Positions 62,593 to 64,000 of a stretch of DNA of 64,000 nucleotides are shown here, piece after piece. Every line of letters starts with the position of its first letter. Position 1 is the stretch's first letter. Under the pieces are notes generated by a model. The model worked only from the letters and a program-made list of their open reading frames with translations. It was not told where the DNA came from and did not search any database. This stretch comes from Pseudobdellovibrionaceae bacterium (GTDB lineage: Bacteria > Bdellovibrionota > Bdellovibrionia > Bdellovibrionales > Bdellovibrionaceae), in assembly GCA_039810425.1 (NCBI GenBank), contig JBDHWW010000004.1, positions 32,001 to 96,000 on the forward strand. The letters are read 5' to 3'. A program made the translations under genes and the position numbers.

Positions 62593-63917
62593 TGTCGGCC
62601 GTAGATAGCATCGCTAAAAATTCAGACCTAAGAAATCGCATTTTTTTTACGCTAGCGATGCTAGCGGTTTACCGCATTGGGGTTCATGTTCCAACTCCCG
62701 GTGTTGATGGTGGCGCTGTTCTATCCTTTTTCCAGGCGCAAAGTGCTGGAATTTTCGGCTTGTTTAACACCTTTACGGGTGGTGCGTTATCTCAATTCAG
62801 TATTTTTGCATTGGGAATTATGCCCTACATTTCGGCATCCATCATTTTCCAACTTTTGACATCTGCTGTTCCATATTTGGAAGCATTGAAAAAAGAAGGT
62901 CAGCAGGGAACTAAGAAAATCAATCAATACACTCGCTATGCGACAGTGATATTGGCGATCATTCAAGGTTATGGCATCAGCTCGTACCTGTTGCACTCAA
63001 CAAGTCCTTCTGGTCAGTCACTGGTTGTTTCTCCTTATATTGGTTTCTTACCATTCCAAATCATGACGATCATCACTTTGACCGCTGGTACTTGTTTTGT
63101 AATGTGGTTGGGTGAACAAATCACCGAACGTGGAATCGGTAATGGGTCTAGCTTGATCATCTTTGTGGGCATTGCAGCGGCAGTTCCAAGTGGCGCACAT
63201 AAGCTTTGGGAACTTGTCACGTCCAATGAAATGCGGGCTATCGTGGCTTTGGTGTTGTTGGCGCTAATGGTGGCGATTATCGCAGCTGTTGTCTACATGG
63301 AGGTTGCGCAAAGACGTGTTGCTATCCAGTACTCTCAAAGACAGGGTACAGGCATGCAGTCTATGCAAGCTCCAAGCAGTCATTTGCCTATTAAAATTAA
63401 CTTCTCAGGTGTTATTCCTCCGATCTTCGCGAGTTCTCTTTTGATGTTCCCTGCGACGGCGGCTCAGTTTGTAACGTCACCTTGGTTGAAATCCCTTCAG
63501 GATTCTTTGAATCCTTCGGGAGTTCTATACAACATCATTTTTGTCGCTTTGATTGTATTCTTCTCATTCTTCTATACTGAGATCGTGTTTAATCCGAGCG
63601 AAGTTGCTGATAACTTAAAAAAATACGGTGGTTTTATTCCTGGCGTAAGAGCAGGTAAGAGCACGTCTGAATACATTCAACGTGTGTTGGATCGTCTCAA
63701 CGTAGCAGGTTGTATTTACCTTTGCGTAGTTTGTATCCTCCCAGGGATCCTTTCCAGTCAATTGAATGTCCCATTTTATTTCGGTGGAACTAGTTTGTTG
63801 ATCTTGGTCGGTGTTGCATTGGATACAACTCAGCAAATTCAATCTCATATCTACACCCAAAAATATGAGGGCTTCCTTAAGGGAGCTAAGATTAGAAGTA
63901 GAAGGGTTACGTTTTGA
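62592..63917 (+). CDS. secY: Preprotein translocase subunit SecY
   Basis: [32 protein letters not shown]. Confidence 0.98.
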   Translation: MSAVDSIAKNSDLRNRIFFTLAMLAVYRIGVHVPTPGVDGGAVLSFFQAQSAGIFGLFNTFTGGALSQFSIFALGIMPYISASIIFQLLTSAVPYLEALKKEGQQGTKKINQYTRYATVILAIIQGYGISSYLLHSTSPSGQSLVVSPYIGFLPFQIMTIITLTAGTCFVMWLGEQITERGIGNGSSLIIFVGIAAAVPSGAHKLWELVTSNEMRAIVALVLLALMVAIIAAVVYMEVAQRRVAIQYSQRQGTGMQSMQAPSSHLPIKINFSGVIPPIFASSLLMFPATAAQFVTSPWLKSLQDSLNPSGVLYNIIFVALIVFFSFFYTEIVFNPSEVADNLKKYGGFIPGVRAGKSTSEYIQRVLDRLNVAGCIYLCVVCILPGILSSQLNVPFYFGGTSLLILVGVALDTTQQIQSHIYTQKYEGFLKGAKIRSRRVTF

Positions 63918-64000
63918 GCATCATTCTTTTCGGAGCACCAGGAGCAGGTAAGGGCACTCAGTCGGCCCTGTTGGTCGAGAAGTTGGGCATGACTCAAATA
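63914..64000 (+). CDS. adk: Adenylate kinase, 5' part (truncated by the window edge)
   Basis: TTG start overlapping the secY stop; [17 protein letters not shown]-loop. Confidence 0.9.
   Translation, partial: MSIILFGAPGAGKGTQSALLVEKLGMTQI

Overview
Bacterial chromosomal window with a gene repertoire typical of Bdellovibrionota-like predators (inferred from short flagellin, many secreted lipoproteins/proteases and deltaproteobacteria-like ribosomal proteins; not database-verified). Positions 1-36.7 kb are mixed housekeeping and accessory genes: S1 serine protease, acyl-CoA desaturase, outer-membrane barrel, a degenerate IscS-fold protein plus recO, a Xer-type recombinase, a receiver-less sigma54 activator, a TPR-wHTH regulator, a Lys-rich/acidic protein, flagellin, clpB, MarR-TolC-EmrAB efflux, ribE-ribB-ribH-ntrYX-proS, a PhoD-like phosphatase, a metzincin lipoprotein, arfB, enoyl-CoA hydratase, pyrF and an RlmB-like methylase. 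Positions 36.8-64 kb are the core translation/transcription supercluster: tRNA-Thr/Tyr/Gly/Thr, tuf, tRNA-Trp, secE-nusG-rplKAJL, rpoBC, rpsLG-fusA, the S10 and spc operons, secY and partial adk. I saw no CRISPR array, prophage, transposase or rRNA. The most notable observations are: rplX (uL24) missing between rplN and rplE; a str-linked EF-G with a degenerate domain IV and no downstream tuf; a lumazine synthase with a 43-aa polylysine tail; an IscS-like probable pseudoenzyme; a charge-segregated histone-H1-like protein; an unannotated 37-aa membrane peptide in its own transcription unit; a GGA-rich ~280-nt flagellin leader; and two small pseudogene relics.
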